64,000 bases of DNA. Origin: Nannocystis bainbridge (GTDB lineage: Bacteria > Myxococcota_A > Polyangia > Nannocystales > Nannocystaceae). A program made the translations under genes and the position numbers. Positions 61,573 through 64,000 of the stretch are shown piece after piece. The DNA lies in the NCBI RefSeq assembly GCF_028368995.1, contig NZ_JAQNDL010000005.1, forward strand, positions 1-64,000, read 5' to 3'. Each line of letters begins with the position of its first letter. Within the stretch, counting starts at the first letter, position 1. The notes below the pieces were generated by a model. It made no database searches, was not told the DNA's origin, and worked only from the letters and a program-made list of their open reading frames with translations.

Positions 61573-61632
61573 GCGATGATTCAGCCGGAGGCGCCTTGGC
61601 CTCCGGCTGTCTTTTGAGACATGTGCTGACAA

Positions 61633-63177
61633 TCAGGGCCGAACGAACAGCGCGCCGCTGTAAATCCACGGCGCCTCGATCTCGGCGTATTCGGGCGCGT
61701 CGCCGAGGTACGGCAGCAGGTGCTTCGGCGTGACCCACACCTCCACGCGATACACCCCAGGCCCGGGCGCCTCGATCTCGATCTGTCCGCTCGACCAGGT
61801 CATGAGCTCCTCGCGCTCGTCGGCGGTCGCCCGGTACAGCACCCCGCGCACGCCCGGCGCCTCCGGGCCCTGCGGACTGCGCGGGTCGAGCGTCGGCAGC
61901 ACGGCCCGCAGCGTCAGCGGACCGCCGGCCAGCGACACCTCGGCCCCCATCTCGGTCACCGCGGCCCCCTCGGCGTAAAAATCGAACCCGACCGGCGTGC
62001 CGAGCGACTCGAACACGATGTGGTTGTTACCCGCGCGCAGCGCCGCCTTGACCGCCTGCGGCGTGAACTCGGCGGTGCGGATGCGGTTGTTGAACCACCG
62101 GATCATGCGCCGATACGAGTCGCCGCGCTCGCCGTCGGTGGCGATGGTGTCGAACACGTTCTGATGCGCGTCGGTGCCGGCGGAGATCGTCAGCCGCTGC
62201 GTCTGCCCGAGCGTCTCGAGCGCCACGATCGACGGCTCGTTGGGCAGCAAGAACCCCAGCGTCGCCAGATCGGGCTGCCGCCCCGGCTGCAGGAAGAACG
62301 GGATGATCGCCGCGAAGTAATCGTCGTCGTCGAGGCCGAGGTCCTCCATGCGGATGTCGGGGTCGAGGTTGGCGTGCAGCTGGTACAGCTCGATCCCATC
62401 GAGCCCGAGCGTCGCCAATTCGGCGAGGTCGCGGCCCTCCGTGTGCGCCACCCAGGCCAACGCGCCGGCCTCCTTGATCGCCGCGAACGCCGCCGGCGAG
62501 CTCGTGCCGTACACGTCGCTCACGTGCTTCTCGAGCCCGAACGGCATCATCTGGGCGCTCTCGATCCCCGGCATCACCATCACCTTGTGACCGTCCGGGC
62601 ACTTGAGCCACGCGGCGATCGGCGTCCCGCCGTCCCCGAGGATCGGCTCGTCCATCTCGCGCATCAGCAGCAGCTCCTCGTAGGCCGCCTCGGTCGCGTG
62701 CGTCGGATGGTCGCTCAACATCGCCACGTCGATCCGCGGCGTGCACAGCCCGAAGCGGAGATCCGCCAGACAATCCTCGTCGGGCACCCCGTTCGGCTGC
62801 GGATCGCCGTCGCACGCGTCGTGCGAGTGGTGCGAGTGCAGGTGCATGATCGCCCGCAGCTCGCGCTGGCCGCGGATCGTCGCGCAGCCGGAGATGTCGG
62901 GCTGCCCCTTGTCCCACGCGATCGGCGTGTCGGGCGGCGAAGTCTCGGCGCACCCGCCCTCGACCCCGGTCGTGCCGGTCGCCGTGGTGTCGTCGGTCGT
63001 CGACGTCGGCACGGTCGTCGTCGGCTCGCCCGTGCCCGTGGTGGAGCCGGTCGTCGTCGCGGCGCCGCTCGTCGTCGTCCCCGTCGAAGTCTCGCTGGCC
63101 GCTCCCGTCTCGCCCCCCGAACCATTGCACGCCCCGATCAGCAGCGCTCCGCTCACGATGCACGCCCAGTTGCGCAT
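61633..63177 (-). CDS. Lipoprotein with Thr-rich linker and PHP-like metal-binding domain
   Basis: Lipobox LIGAC; HLHSHHSHD, SDH, AHTE, GTDAH. Confidence 0.8.
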   Translation of the reverse strand: MRNWACIVSGALLIGACNGSGGETGAASETSTGTTTSGAATTTGSTTGTGEPTTTVPTSTTDDTTATGTTGVEGGCAETSPPDTPIAWDKGQPDISGCATIRGQRELRAIMHLHSHHSHDACDGDPQPNGVPDEDCLADLRFGLCTPRIDVAMLSDHPTHATEAAYEELLLMREMDEPILGDGGTPIAAWLKCPDGHKVMVMPGIESAQMMPFGLEKHVSDVYGTSSPAAFAAIKEAGALAWVAHTEGRDLAELATLGLDGIELYQLHANLDPDIRMEDLGLDDDDYFAAIIPFFLQPGRQPDLATLGFLLPNEPSIVALETLGQTQRLTISAGTDAHQNVFDTIATDGERGDSYRRMIRWFNNRIRTAEFTPQAVKAALRAGNNHIVFESLGTPVGFDFYAEGAAVTEMGAEVSLAGGPLTLRAVLPTLDPRSPQGPEAPGVRGVLYRATADEREELMTWSSGQIEIEAPGPGVYRVEVWVTPKHLLPYLGDAPEYAEIEAPWIYSGALFVRP

Positions 63178-63623
63178 AGTCGCCTCCAAGATCGCGCACA
63201 CGATATCACGGTCTCGGGCCCCGTCAGCGCCATGGGCCGTGCGCCGACTCCCGTCCCATGCGACATCGGCGCGCGACATGACATGTCCTTCTGCACATGT
63301 CCCTCAAGACAGCACCTCCGTTCACGTCGACGCCTGCGGCGACTCGCGGGCGCCAACGAGGTGACGTCCCGCAACCCAGGCCACGCATCCCCGACACCAG
63401 ATTCGCCGCTGACCAGGCCGCCGACCGCAAGACCGAACCCGCGACGAATCACTCGTAGCCGCCGAGCCCGGCACGCACGCCGCAAGGACAGCCGTCGTCT
63501 ACACGCCCCATGCGCCTCGAGCTCGTCCCGCACCGCGCTCGCACGCCGCACCCGAGGCCCCCGCGCGCTTCCCGGACCGCGGCGGGTGACGGCGCCCGGC
63601 CCCGGGGTGTAGTCTCGGATGCC

Positions 63624-64000
63624 ATGCCTGCCCTCGTCCCTCGCTCCGCCCTCGCTCTCGCCTTCCTGCTCGCTGCTTGCGGGGGCGACACCAAGACGGC
63701 TCCCAAGACCGACGAGAAGAAGGTCGAGGCCAAGGCCGACGCCAAGGAGGAGCCCGCGGGCGACAGTGCCAAGAAGCCGCGCCCCCGGGCTCCCGCGAGT
63801 GAGAAGGCGCGGGTCGCCGATCCGAAGGGTCGCACCGTCGTCATCGGCTCGCTGGGCGGCGACCTCGCTGCCACCAGGGCCGCCCTCAAGACGGCGGGCG
63901 CGATCGACGACGCCGGCAAGTGGGCTGGCGGCGACCTCGTCGTCGTCCAGCTCGGCAATCAGTTCGGCAACAGCAAGGACGAGAAGGCCACGCTCGCCCT
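63624..64000 (+). CDS. Lipoprotein with degenerate Shewanella-like (Shelph) metallophosphatase domain, truncated by the window edge
   Basis: MPALVPRSALALAFLLAAC; RTVVIGSLGGDL..GAIDDAGKWAGGDLVVVQLGNQFG; absent from the ORF track because it has no stop in the window. Confidence 0.7.
   Translation, partial: MPALVPRSALALAFLLAACGGDTKTAPKTDEKKVEAKADAKEEPAGDSAKKPRPRAPASEKARVADPKGRTVVIGSLGGDLAATRAALKTAGAIDDAGKWAGGDLVVVQLGNQFGNSKDEKATLA

Overview
Very GC-rich chromosomal window that looks myxobacterial, probably Nannocystis-like (inferred from Ser/Thr kinases, an FHA-sigma54 activator, many lipoproteins and an alpha-2-macroglobulin). It holds about 45 genes and two gene remnants. Recognisable genes include mfd, truC, ppa, fcs, two tandem trkH/ktrB plus trkA/ktrA, an mph-like phosphotransferase, a bacterial A2M, and a glutamate-cysteine-ligase-CBS/AstE pair. 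I found no rRNA, tRNA, CRISPR or transposase. Three things stand out. (1) A 14-bp palindrome, TGTCC-N4-GGACA, occurs at roughly 60 loci (by eye), singly or in exactly 14-bp-phased head-to-tail arrays of up to 6 units, both after stop codons and written into coding sequences with atypical codons. (2) A compositionally atypical, translationally coupled pair encodes a soluble histidine kinase with a wHTH-like N-terminus and a receiver domain fused to an Mrr-like PD-(D/E)XK nuclease, a candidate phosphorylation-gated defence nuclease. (3) A kinase-TIR-kinase membrane protein lies directly upstream of a divergent bL12 (L7/L12) paralogue and a TPR kinase. All domain calls come from motif recognition by eye, not database searches.
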